From: an uncultured Clostridia bacterium
GTDB lineage: Bacteria; Bacillota; Clostridia; Christensenellales; UBA1242
NCBI GenBank assembly: GCA_934772445.1
Contig: CAKVMJ010000002.1
Coordinates: 9,475-73,474, forward strand
Direction: 5' to 3'
DNA length: 64,000 bases
The translations under genes and the position numbers were made by a program. Shown here in pieces: positions 54,897 through 64,000 of this stretch. The notes below the pieces were generated by a model. It had not been told where the DNA came from. It saw nothing but the letters and a program-made list of their open reading frames with translations, and did no database searches. Position 1 is the first letter of the stretch. Each line of letters opens with the position of its first letter.

Positions 54897-55568
54897 ATGG
54901 CGGAAAAGAAATATGAAAATGCTAAGGCAACTAAATCTTCAAATAAAGCGTTTATTCCTTGGCCAAATGCAAATAAAAATAAATCTTCAAGTTCTTCTAA
55001 ATCCAATAGGGCTTCAACAAAATCTAGCGTAAGCAAAAAATCTTCCACAAGTTCTAGTGCTAAGAAAAATTCGAGTGTGGAACAAGCTAAAGCCACAAGA
55101 GTTGAAAAAAATTTAGAAATCTCAGTTCCTTCAAATAGTAAGGTTAGTAAAAAAGTTACAAAAGAGCTTACAAAGAAAACAAATCAGCCTTTAGTTATTT
55201 CAATAGTGCTATGCTTGGTTATTGGAATAGTGATTGGATATTTCTGTTTGGTTTATCTTTGCAAAAACGATTGTTTTGAAATGAATGTTGATGCTCATAA
55301 CCAAATAGACATTTATTTAAACGATGATGATGGTATAACTGAATATACAGAACTTGGTGCAAAATGCGTGTTGTTTGGTAAGGATATATCTAGTCAGGTT
55401 AAAGTGCAATATAAATATAGGGAAGATATATCTTTTGATCCAGAAGTTGTAAGCGGTATAGATTCTTCAAAAGCAGGAATTTATTATGCTATCTACACAA
55501 TTGATAACCCAAGATATAAATCTGTAACATTAATCAGAAATATTATAGTTTTGAGGGAGGAAGAATAA
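54897..55568 (+). CDS. membrane protein with an S/K-rich N-terminal region, a TM helix and an Ig-like extracellular domain
   Basis: A low-complexity Ser/Lys tract, a TM helix (LVISIVLCLVIGIVIGYFCLVYL) and a beta-rich C-terminal domain of about 95 aa. Confidence 0.55.
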   Translation: MAEKKYENAKATKSSNKAFIPWPNANKNKSSSSSKSNRASTKSSVSKKSSTSSSAKKNSSVEQAKATRVEKNLEISVPSNSKVSKKVTKELTKKTNQPLVISIVLCLVIGIVIGYFCLVYLCKNDCFEMNVDAHNQIDIYLNDDDGITEYTELGAKCVLFGKDISSQVKVQYKYREDISFDPEVVSGIDSSKAGIYYAIYTIDNPRYKSVTLIRNIIVLREEE

Positions 55569-55569
55569 T

Positions 55570-56793
55570 ATGGCAAGACCTAAAAAAGTATCGGTAGCAA
55601 AAATAATAATTTGTTCGTTTTTATGCTTTGTTGTTGGTGTTGTGATTGGTAGTTTCTTTAGATTATACTACGCAACTCCAGATTCTTATATGATTCCAGA
55701 AACAGTAACAGTTTCAAATAATAATGGTTCAAATACCGCCCACGAAGGTGAGATTAATGCCGAAACAGTAAAGAGTAATGATTTATCTATTCATTTTCTA
55801 GAACTTGGCAATAAATATACAGGCGATTGTACTTTTATTAAAATTGGAGATGTTGAAATATTAGTTGATGCTGGTTCAAAGTCAACATCTGTTCAAACTA
55901 TTTATGATTATATAAATCCATATATTGAGGGTGAACTTGATTATGTTATCGTAACCCACGCCCATCAAGACCACTATGCTGGTTTTGCAACGAGCAATAG
56001 CCTATTTGATAAGTTTGAAATTACAAATGTAATAGAATTTAATAAATGTAACCAAAACTCAAGCAAAGGCTTATATAAAGCATATATTAATGAAAAGAAG
56101 CAATTAGCTGAAAAAATGGAGTCTTTAGGCAAAGAACATCATCAATATAAGGTTACAAAATTTGTTAATAAAGATGATATATCTAATAGAGAGATTGATT
56201 TAGGAAATAATGTTAAATTGCAATTCTTATATCAAAAATATTATGATTTAGAAACTGCAACCACAGAAAATAATAATTCTGTTTGCTTCCAACTTGTTCA
56301 ACAATTAGGAACAGAAACTAAAAAATATATGTTCACAGGCGATTTAGAGAAAGAGGGCGAGGCTTCATTGGTTAATGCAAGTCAAAACGCAGGTTTGCTT
56401 AGCGAAGTTGAATTGTATAAAGCAGGTCACCATGGCTCAAAAACAAGTTCTTCAAAAGCACTTTTAGAAGTAATTAAACCTAAAACAGTTTGTGTTTGTT
56501 GTTGTGCTGGTAGCCCAGAATATACAAAAACAAATGCAAATCAATTCCCAACTCAAGAATTTGTAGATAATGTTGCTAAATATGCTCAAACAGATAAAGT
56601 TTATGTAACAAGTTTGTGTGTTGATTATGATAAAGCAGAATTTACATCAATGAATGGAAATATCGTAATTTGTGCTAAAGCACACGAAAGTTCAATAGAA
56701 ATAAATATCTATTGTTCAAATAATAGCAAACTTTTAAAAGAAACAGATTGGTTTAAAGCTAATAGAACAATGCCAGCGGAATGGGCTGCTTAA
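55570..56793 (+). CDS. membrane-anchored MBL-fold protein resembling the ComEC C-terminal domain
   Basis: An N-terminal TM helix, the metallo-beta-lactamase motif THAHQDHYAGF, and YKAGHHGSKTSSS, which is characteristic of ComEC/Rec2 MBL domains. The start is 1 nt after the upstream stop. Confidence 0.7.
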   Translation: MARPKKVSVAKIIICSFLCFVVGVVIGSFFRLYYATPDSYMIPETVTVSNNNGSNTAHEGEINAETVKSNDLSIHFLELGNKYTGDCTFIKIGDVEILVDAGSKSTSVQTIYDYINPYIEGELDYVIVTHAHQDHYAGFATSNSLFDKFEITNVIEFNKCNQNSSKGLYKAYINEKKQLAEKMESLGKEHHQYKVTKFVNKDDISNREIDLGNNVKLQFLYQKYYDLETATTENNNSVCFQLVQQLGTETKKYMFTGDLEKEGEASLVNASQNAGLLSEVELYKAGHHGSKTSSSKALLEVIKPKTVCVCCCAGSPEYTKTNANQFPTQEFVDNVAKYAQTDKVYVTSLCVDYDKAEFTSMNGNIVICAKAHESSIEINIYCSNNSKLLKETDWFKANRTMPAEWAA

Positions 56794-57091
56794 TGCTTTA
56801 ATAGGATAAAAACAAAAAGAGTCTTTAAAATATAATCTAAGGCTCTTTTTTTATAAATCAAAATAGTTAATTTATATAGAAATTGAACGAATATTAAGCA
56901 AAGTAAAAATCTATCTTAAAATTTGGTTAAAAACTTTAAAATTGTATAAATTTTTAAAAAAATCGGTAGAAATTTCTGAAAAATTTTTTAGGTAAAAGCT
57001 ATTTTATTTGACTAGCGGGAAAAAAATAGATAATATATATTCGAAGTTAATCTGTAGATTATGGATAAAATAATATAAGGAGAATTGGAAA

Positions 57092-59284
57092 ATGAAAAAA
57101 TCTACAAAAGTTGTAGCAACAATAATTGCGGTTACCCTTGTAATTTCAGCAATGATAATAGCAATTTATGCAGCAACAGCAGGTAACTTTGGAATAAACG
57201 CAAATGTATCGTGGACTGCTCAAGCGGGTGTTGACCTAGAGTTTTGGGCAAAAGTTTCTGGCGGAAGCGAAACTAAAGAAATAGCAAAAACAAGTATTAC
57301 TCCATCAACCACAAATGCTAACGCAAATATTATTGGGGATTTAAGTTGTAATTTCTCAGATACATCGGAAGATGGCGTTAATAATCCAAATGCTATTGAA
57401 TATGTTTATTATGTAAAAAATAAAAGTTTAACACCGCTTAATATTAGGGTTACTAAAACTCCAGCTCAAGCGGAAGAAGCAGGTACAAGCCCAGAAAATC
57501 ATACACCAAAAGTTGTTTTAAATTCGGAAACTGAAGGAACAAACACTCTAACTGCTGTATTAGGTTCATCTGGATATAATCTAGGTGCGGGAGATGTGTT
57601 TGCATACACTGTAACACTATCTCTAGCAAGTGGCGGAGAAGGAACAATCAATGCTGATACCGGTATCAGCACAAGTTTTGATGCTGGCGTAACATTTAAT
57701 TTTGCAGTTGGTGGAAGTTCTCAAGGAACAATCATCACCACAGTTGATGGTGTTGGTGAAACCACTGTAAATTCAAGCAGTTTAGTAGGCCAAACTCTAG
57801 GAACTTACTTATCAACATTGCAAACACCAGAATATTTTACAGGTTGGTTCTTTGATGAAAATCTAACAAAAGCCGTTTCTGATGATTATCTAAATGTTGA
57901 ATTAAAAGAATCTTCAATATCTTCTCTATATGGCAAAACAGCTTCAACCACAGGCTTAACTTTTGAATTAGATTCAGATACCGACACATATATGGTGAGG
58001 GGTGATAGTACCACACCTCCAAGTGGAGAAGTAATAATTCCGAATAAGTATAATGGTAAAAAGGTTACCATTTTAGGTTCAGCATCATCTGGTTCTGGTG
58101 ATCTTTTGGGAAGTAATAAGGGAATTAATGCAACATCTTCGGTAAGTTCTACATTTGAAAACAATACAAATATAACAAGCGTAGTTCTACCAAATACAAT
58201 AGAATATATTAAAGATAGTGCATTCTCTGGTTGCGAAAATCTAGTAGGCATATATTTGCCAGATAGCCTTAAAAAAATTGGTTCTTCAGTATTTTCAGGT
58301 TGTGGTATATCTAGCATTGTTATACCAAGCAGTGTAGAAGAAATCAATTATGTTAAAATGCAAAATATCCTATTGAGTGGTAATGATTCCAAACCGCTTA
58401 CAAAAAGTATAGGAACAAATAAAGAATTAGGTGGCTTAGGTGGCGGTAGTAGTTATAAAGGTGTAGATACGGTTAATTATTACCATATCTTTATGAATTG
58501 TCCTAATCTAATAAGTATTACCGTTGCATCTGGTAATACCAAATATGATAGCAGAAATAATTGTAATGGTATAATTCTTAGTAAAACAAATACTTTAATT
58601 GCAACTTGTAAGAATACAGTTATTCCTAAAACTATTGAAAGTATTGCTTATTTTGCATTCCAAGGCTGTAAAGGGTTAACAAGTGTGGTAATTCCTAGTA
58701 GTGTTAAAAGTATAATTAATAATGGCAGTAATATTCGTGACACAGATATGGCAAAACCAATGTCCATACAAGCTTTGGATAATTTAAATGGAAATCAAGG
58801 GCAATTATTTGCATATTGCAATGAACTAACATCTGTTTATGTTGAAAGCGGAAATCGTTATTTTGATAGTAGGGAAAATTGTAATGCTATTATTGAAAAA
58901 AAATCAAATACTATTCTAGCCACTTGTTCAACATCTAAAATTCCTTCAACAGTTGAATATATTGGTGCATCTGCATTTAAAGATAATTTAGGAATTACAA
59001 GCATCTCAATTCCATCAGGTGTTAAAGTTATTGGCACTCAAAGTTTTGCTAATTGCTCAAATCTAACAAAGATATTCATACCTTCTTCTGTAACGAGTAT
59101 TATTGCTGATCAATATGCTCCATTCTATGGTTGTTCTTCTGTAAAGATTTATTGTGAAGCAAGTAGCCAACCAACTGGCTGGGGAACATATTGGAATAAC
59201 TATGATAGTAGTAAAACTAATAAACTTACTCCAACTTGGAATTATTCTCGTGAACAATTTGATTCAATTCAAAACATACTTTAA
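57092..59284 (+). CDS. BspA-like leucine-rich-repeat surface protein
   Basis: An N-terminal TM or signal sequence. Repeated LRR_5-type units (IPxSVxxIGxxAFxxCxxLTSI), and a C-terminal GWGTYWNNYD motif. Confidence 0.8.
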   Translation: MKKSTKVVATIIAVTLVISAMIIAIYAATAGNFGINANVSWTAQAGVDLEFWAKVSGGSETKEIAKTSITPSTTNANANIIGDLSCNFSDTSEDGVNNPNAIEYVYYVKNKSLTPLNIRVTKTPAQAEEAGTSPENHTPKVVLNSETEGTNTLTAVLGSSGYNLGAGDVFAYTVTLSLASGGEGTINADTGISTSFDAGVTFNFAVGGSSQGTIITTVDGVGETTVNSSSLVGQTLGTYLSTLQTPEYFTGWFFDENLTKAVSDDYLNVELKESSISSLYGKTASTTGLTFELDSDTDTYMVRGDSTTPPSGEVIIPNKYNGKKVTILGSASSGSGDLLGSNKGINATSSVSSTFENNTNITSVVLPNTIEYIKDSAFSGCENLVGIYLPDSLKKIGSSVFSGCGISSIVIPSSVEEINYVKMQNILLSGNDSKPLTKSIGTNKELGGLGGGSSYKGVDTVNYYHIFMNCPNLISITVASGNTKYDSRNNCNGIILSKTNTLIATCKNTVIPKTIESIAYFAFQGCKGLTSVVIPSSVKSIINNGSNIRDTDMAKPMSIQALDNLNGNQGQLFAYCNELTSVYVESGNRYFDSRENCNAIIEKKSNTILATCSTSKIPSTVEYIGASAFKDNLGITSISIPSGVKVIGTQSFANCSNLTKIFIPSSVTSIIADQYAPFYGCSSVKIYCEASSQPTGWGTYWNNYDSSKTNKLTPTWNYSREQFDSIQNIL

Positions 59285-59357
59285 TTTTAAGAATGTTAAT
59301 AGAATAAGAATTATTAAAATATATTCTTAAAAAATTCTAACCTAATTTAAAATTTAA

Positions 59358-59537
59358 ATAAAAATTTATAATTCTATAACTGTTACAAAAATAACATTAG
59401 ATGCTTCTGTATATTTTTATTTTCCATTTTATGAGTGCTCTTCAAACTTAACGATATGGTGTGAAGTTGAAAGTAAGCCAAGTGGTTGGGATGAATATTG
59501 GAATTATTATGATAGTAATCAATTTGAAGTTTATTGA
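59358..59537 (+). pseudogene. C-terminal remnant of a second BspA-like LRR gene
   Basis: A start-less frame that translates to ...KIYNSITVTKITLDASVYFYFPFYECSSNLTIWCEVESKPSGWDEYWNYYDSNQFEVY*. It aligns with the last 60 aa or so of the upstream LRR protein (...PFYGCSSVKIYCEASSQPTGWGTYWNNYDSS...). Confidence 0.7.
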
Positions 59538-59636
59538 GGTAGTAACTTAAATGCTTTTTTAGGTATTAAGTAAACTAATTATTATTAACAACAAAAAAAA
59601 GAACATTATTTAAAATGTTCTTTTTCGTTTTTAATT

Positions 59637-60200
59637 TTAAGCGTGACCATTAATAAAATCGTTAATAGCCTCTTGGTCAAATTCAACGTATGCTTCTCTA
59701 GATGTTATGCGTTGGCTAGCTCTATTAATCATATTATCAATATTTTCAATTGGGTCTGCTTGAGTTCTAATTTGACCTTCTTCAATAACAATTTTACCAT
59801 TTTCATCTAATGATGCGCCAGCATAACCGCCTTCGTTTCTTGTACAAATATCGTGGAAACCATTGAATCCTTTAATATATTCGCCATAAACTAAGTTAAA
59901 TTCGCTTGAATCTGCATCTAGATATAATTTCTTATTTGGAGCTTGAATTGTAATAACTCCTTGATTGAATTTATATGAAATAGTTCCTTTTTCATCTTTA
60001 GATAATCCTGTGTTAATTTCGCTTTTATCTGAATCTAATGTTTTATTCATATCTGCAAGCAAGCTATCCATTCTTTCAGAATTATTATCGCAAACATAAC
60101 TAACTCCATCAACTAAGCTATCAAAAATCTCTTTGCAAGCGTAATTTTTGATGTTGTCAAAATTTTCTAAAAATCTAATTAGTTCATCATTATTATTCAT
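59637..60200 (-). CDS. hypothetical acidic protein
   Basis: 187-aa ORF with a GGGAGAAATTATT RBS context and a bidirectional terminator at its 3' end (agaacatt/aatgttct). No family is recognised. Confidence 0.5.
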   Translation of the reverse strand: MNNNDELIRFLENFDNIKNYACKEIFDSLVDGVSYVCDNNSERMDSLLADMNKTLDSDKSEINTGLSKDEKGTISYKFNQGVITIQAPNKKLYLDADSSEFNLVYGEYIKGFNGFHDICTRNEGGYAGASLDENGKIVIEEGQIRTQADPIENIDNMINRASQRITSREAYVEFDQEAINDFINGHA

Positions 60201-60715
60201 AATAATTTCTCCCTTTTTTGGTAATCTATGGCTATTATACCACTTTAGAAACTAAATTTCAATACTCTTTTTTAAATTAATTATGCTTTAGTTTCTTTAC
60301 ATTCAATCTTTTTTAGTGCTATAAATAATGAATTTTATCTTATAATATTAATTTAGATATAATATAAGAAAAAGATAAAATATTTTTGAAAAAAGTATGA
60401 AAAAACATTGACAAATCAGTTCGAATTTTGATAAACTCTTAATCGTATTATAATATGCCGAATATTGCTATGCTTTTTTTGCTATGCGATGTAAGGCTAT
60501 GCAAGTGTAAAATAATGGTGTGAGAAAATTTTATAGTTTGCAAATTCCTGCGATATTATAATCAAACATTAAATTGTTGTGCTATGCAGGGAAAATTGGC
60601 GAGTTTTAAAGGGTTGAATTAAAATTTGCTAACTTGTTTTGGTTTGAAGAAAAGCGAAAAATTGGCTAAAACAAGTATTATGCTTTTCAATAAAAATATC
60701 AAGGGAGGAAAGATT

Positions 60716-61087
60716 GTGCCTACAATTAATCAATTAGTAAAAAAAGGCAGAAAAACTGTTGCAACAAAATCAGCAGTTCCAATTCTAGATGAAAATCCTC
60801 AAAAAAGAGGTGTTTGTTTGTCTGTTACAACAACATCTCCTAAAAAACCAAACTCAGCTTTAAGAAAGATTGCAAGAGTTCGTCTTTCTAATAGCCAAGA
60901 AGGTACTGTTTATATCCCAGGTGAGGGACATAACCTTCAAGAACATAGCGTTGTTCTAATCCGTGGCGGAAGAGTTCGTGACCTTCCGGGTGTTCGTTAC
61001 CACATTATTAGAGGTACTATGGATACAGCTGGTGTTGCTAAGAGGAAACAAGCGCGTAGTAAATACGGTGCAAAAAAAGGTAAATAA
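60716..61087 (+). CDS. rpsL: 30S ribosomal protein S12
   Basis: GTG start after an AAGGGAGGA RBS gives (M)[12 protein letters not shown]..., the canonical S12 N-terminus. The track start at 60626 is an artefactual extension. Confidence 0.95.
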   Translation: MPTINQLVKKGRKTVATKSAVPILDENPQKRGVCLSVTTTSPKKPNSALRKIARVRLSNSQEGTVYIPGEGHNLQEHSVVLIRGGRVRDLPGVRYHIIRGTMDTAGVAKRKQARSKYGAKKGK

Positions 61088-61110
61088 ACTATAAAATAAA
61101 TTTAAGATAA

Positions 61111-61596
<486 letters not shown>

Positions 61597-61616
61597 TCAT
61601 TTAGGAGAAAAATATT

Positions 61617-63695
61617 ATGCCTAGAAAAGTAGCATTAAATAATTTAAGAAATGTTGGTATTATGGCGCATATTGATGCCGGTAAAACCACTACTACTGAA
61701 AGAATATTGTTCTACACTGGTAAAACTCACAAAATTGGTGAAGTTCACGAAGGTGAAGCAACAATGGACTGGATGGCTCAAGAACAAGAAAGAGGTATCA
61801 CAATCACTAGTGCTGCCACAACTTGCTATTGGAAAGGTCATCAAATTAATATTATTGATACCCCAGGTCACGTTGACTTTACTGCGGAAGTTGAAAGAAG
61901 TTTAAAGGTTCTTGATGGTTCTGTTGCGGTATTCAGCGCAAGAGAGGGTGTTCAACCACAAAGTGAAAAAGTTTGGCGTCAAGCTGATAAATATCATGTA
62001 CCTCGTATGATATTTGTCAACAAAATGGATAGACCAGATGCAAACTTCTTTAATGTTGTTGAAGGTATCAAAACAAGACTTGGTTCTAATGCAGTTCCAG
62101 TTCAAATTCCAATCGGTACTGCTGAAACATTCACAGGTATTATCGACCTTGTAGAAAACCAAGCATATATTTATAAAAATGATTTAGGAACTGATATTCA
62201 AGTTACTGAAATCCCAGCTGAATATAAAGCTGATGCAGAAAAATATAGAACTCAACTTATCGAAATCGCTGCAGAGCAAGATGATGAGTTGTTAGAAAAA
62301 TATTTTGCTGGAGAAGAATTAACAATCGAAGAATTGAAGCGTGGTATTAGAAAAGGTACATTAAATATGACTATTTTCCCAGCCACTTGCGGTACAGCTC
62401 TTGGAAATAAAGGTGTTCAAAAATTGTTAGATGCAATTTGCGATTATATGCCTGCTCCAACAGATATTAAAGCAATTAGAGGAACAATTCCAGGTACTGA
62501 CATTGAGGAAGATAGACATAGTTCTGATACAGAACCATTCGCTGGTCTTGCATTCAAAATTATGACAGATCCTTATGTTGGTAAATTAACTTTCTTCCGT
62601 GTTTATAGCGGTACTGTTACAGCTGGTACTTATGTTTATAACCCAGTTAAAGATAAGAAAGAAAGAGTTGGCAGACTATTAAGAATGCACGCAAATAATA
62701 GAGAAGAGATTGAAGAAGCTTACGCTGGTGAAATCGTTGGTATCGTTGGTTTAAAAGATACAACAACTGGTGAAACTCTATGTGATCCAGCACATCCAAT
62801 CGTGCTTGAAAGTATGGATTTCCCAGAACCAGTTATTAAAGTTGCAATCGAACCTAAAACTAAGCAAGATCAAGAAAAAATGATTTTAGCATTAGTAAAA
62901 CTTGCTGAAGAAGATCCAACATTTAAAACTTACACAGACCAAGAAACTGGTCAAACTATCATTGCTGGTATGGGTGAACTTCACCTTGAAATCATCGTTG
63001 ATAGATTAAAGAGAGAATTTAAGGTTGAAGCAAATGTTGGTGCTCCACAAGTTGCTTATAGAGAAACTATCAGAAAAGAAGTTGAAGTTGAAGGTAAGTA
63101 TATTAAACAATCTGGTGGTCACGGTCAATATGGTGATTGCTGGGTTAGATTTACTCCACTTAAACCGGGCGAAGGCTATAAATTTGAAAACAAAATTGTT
63201 GGTGGTGTTATTCCTAAAGAATATATCCCAGCAGTTGATGCAGGTATTCAAGAAGCAAGACAAAATGGTGTTCTAGCTGGATATGAAGCAGTTGACTTCC
63301 AAGCAACATTATTCGATGGATCATTCCACGATGTCGATTCTTCAGAACTTGCGTTCAAAGTTGCAGCATCTTTAGCATTTAAAGATGGTTTCAGAAAAGC
63401 AGACCCAGTTCTATTAGAACCAATTATGAAAGTTGAAGTTGAAATGCCTGATGATTACCTTGGTAATGTTATGGGTAATATCAACCGCAGACGTGGTGTT
63501 CTAAGCGGAACAGAGGTTAAAAATGGGTTACAAGTTATCAATGCTGAGATTCCACTAGGTGAAATGTTTGGTTATGCCACAGAACTTAGAGGATTAACTC
63601 AAGGCAGAGGTACTTTTAATATGGAATTTTCACATTATGCGGAAGTTCCGAGAAACATCGCCGAGAAAGTAATCGGCGAGAGAAAATCAAATTAA
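61617..63695 (+). CDS. fusA: elongation factor G
   Basis: 692 aa. G1 is AHIDAGKTT and G3 is DTPGHVDF, with the overall EF-G sequence. Confidence 0.97.
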   Translation: MPRKVALNNLRNVGIMAHIDAGKTTTTERILFYTGKTHKIGEVHEGEATMDWMAQEQERGITITSAATTCYWKGHQINIIDTPGHVDFTAEVERSLKVLDGSVAVFSAREGVQPQSEKVWRQADKYHVPRMIFVNKMDRPDANFFNVVEGIKTRLGSNAVPVQIPIGTAETFTGIIDLVENQAYIYKNDLGTDIQVTEIPAEYKADAEKYRTQLIEIAAEQDDELLEKYFAGEELTIEELKRGIRKGTLNMTIFPATCGTALGNKGVQKLLDAICDYMPAPTDIKAIRGTIPGTDIEEDRHSSDTEPFAGLAFKIMTDPYVGKLTFFRVYSGTVTAGTYVYNPVKDKKERVGRLLRMHANNREEIEEAYAGEIVGIVGLKDTTTGETLCDPAHPIVLESMDFPEPVIKVAIEPKTKQDQEKMILALVKLAEEDPTFKTYTDQETGQTIIAGMGELHLEIIVDRLKREFKVEANVGAPQVAYRETIRKEVEVEGKYIKQSGGHGQYGDCWVRFTPLKPGEGYKFENKIVGGVIPKEYIPAVDAGIQEARQNGVLAGYEAVDFQATLFDGSFHDVDSSELAFKVAASLAFKDGFRKADPVLLEPIMKVEVEMPDDYLGNVMGNINRRRGVLSGTEVKNGLQVINAEIPLGEMFGYATELRGLTQGRGTFNMEFSHYAEVPRNIAEKVIGERKSN

Positions 63696-63721
63696 TTTGA
63701 ATTTTAAAGGAGAATTTTAAA

Positions 63722-64000
63722 ATGGCTAAAGCAAAGTATGAAAGAACTAAACCACACGTTAACGTTGGTACCATTGGCCACGTTGACCACGGCAAAACTA
63801 CATTAACTGCCGCTATCACAACAACCCTAGCTAAAATGGGTCAAGCATTAGCAATGGACTATGGCGCTATTGATAAAGCACCAGAAGAAAGAGCAAGAGG
63901 TATTACTATAAACACTGCTCACGTTGAATATGAGTCAAAAACTCGTCACTATGCACATGTTGACTGCCCAGGACACGCAGACTATGTTAAAAATATGATT
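63722..64000 (+). CDS. tuf: elongation factor Tu, 3'-truncated by the window edge
   Basis: [28 protein letters not shown]...DCPGHADY. The frame runs off the end of the window. Confidence 0.95.
   Translation, partial: MAKAKYERTKPHVNVGTIGHVDHGKTTLTAAITTTLAKMGQALAMDYGAIDKAPEERARGITINTAHVEYESKTRHYAHVDCPGHADYVKNMI

Noticed and set aside
60626-60715. N-terminal extensions suggested by the ORF track. They affect rpsL (60626), rluD (36539), M2 (41425), sigE (48945), the TSUP C-half (12744), the 1083-aa surface protein (12618), the roughly 500-aa phage protein (24696) and the coiled-coil protein (27361).
   Set aside because: In each case an internal start with a good Shine-Dalgarno sequence reproduces the conserved family N-terminus. 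Examples are PTINQL for S12 and MFKGLSLF for the MTase. The extension has no RBS.

Overview
AT-rich chromosomal segment of a Gram-positive, Clostridia-type spore-former. All calls come from reading the translations and DNA by eye. No database search was run.

Core genes:
- a 5'-truncated tkt
- germination and cortex genes (a DUF421/DUF4363 pair, a SpoVB-like flippase, a LysM-GH18 YaaH-like hydrolase)
- RNase J
- an O-methyltransferase/U32 peptidase pair
- groES-groEL
- lspA-rluD
- a PdaB-like deacetylase
- ftsA-ftsZ-spoIIGA-sigE-sigG
- a tRNA Val-Gly-Cys-Leu cluster
- the str operon, rpsL-rpsG-fusA-tuf, with tuf cut by the window end

Three accessory regions stand out.

1. 16.3-29.0 kb: a compact phage-derived DNA-packaging and head module with every frame intact. 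It runs TerL, two small ORFs, portal, scaffold, capsid, five unknowns, then a BhlA/UviB holin-like peptide and a second holin-like protein. I see no integrase, repressor, replication, long-tail or endolysin genes. It sits next to a sigma-region-4-like regulator whose promoter carries a Firmicutes LexA (Cheo) box. This is my best candidate for an undescribed system: a domesticated, SOS-triggered, podovirus-like PBSX/GTA analogue.

2. 39.8-45.6 kb: a restriction-modification island with three C5-cytosine methyltransferases, a controller HTH protein and a roughly 500-aa endonuclease. It is bracketed by about 44-bp imperfect inverted repeats. Two architecturally similar nested hairpins precede it.

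3. 52.9-59.5 kb: a tRNA-adjacent island. It holds three tandem paralogous double-HTH regulators, two tiny ORFs, an Ig-like protein paired with a stand-alone ComEC-type MBL protein, a BspA-like LRR surface protein, and a remnant of a second LRR gene.

Smaller oddities:
- a SpoVB-like gene that seems to need an AUU/AUC start codon
- two convergent, overlapping half-size TSUP transporter genes
- an unlisted 57-aa Cys-rich basic ORF after sigG
- groESL without a CIRCE element
- repeated short motifs in the rpsL leader and upstream of the C gene
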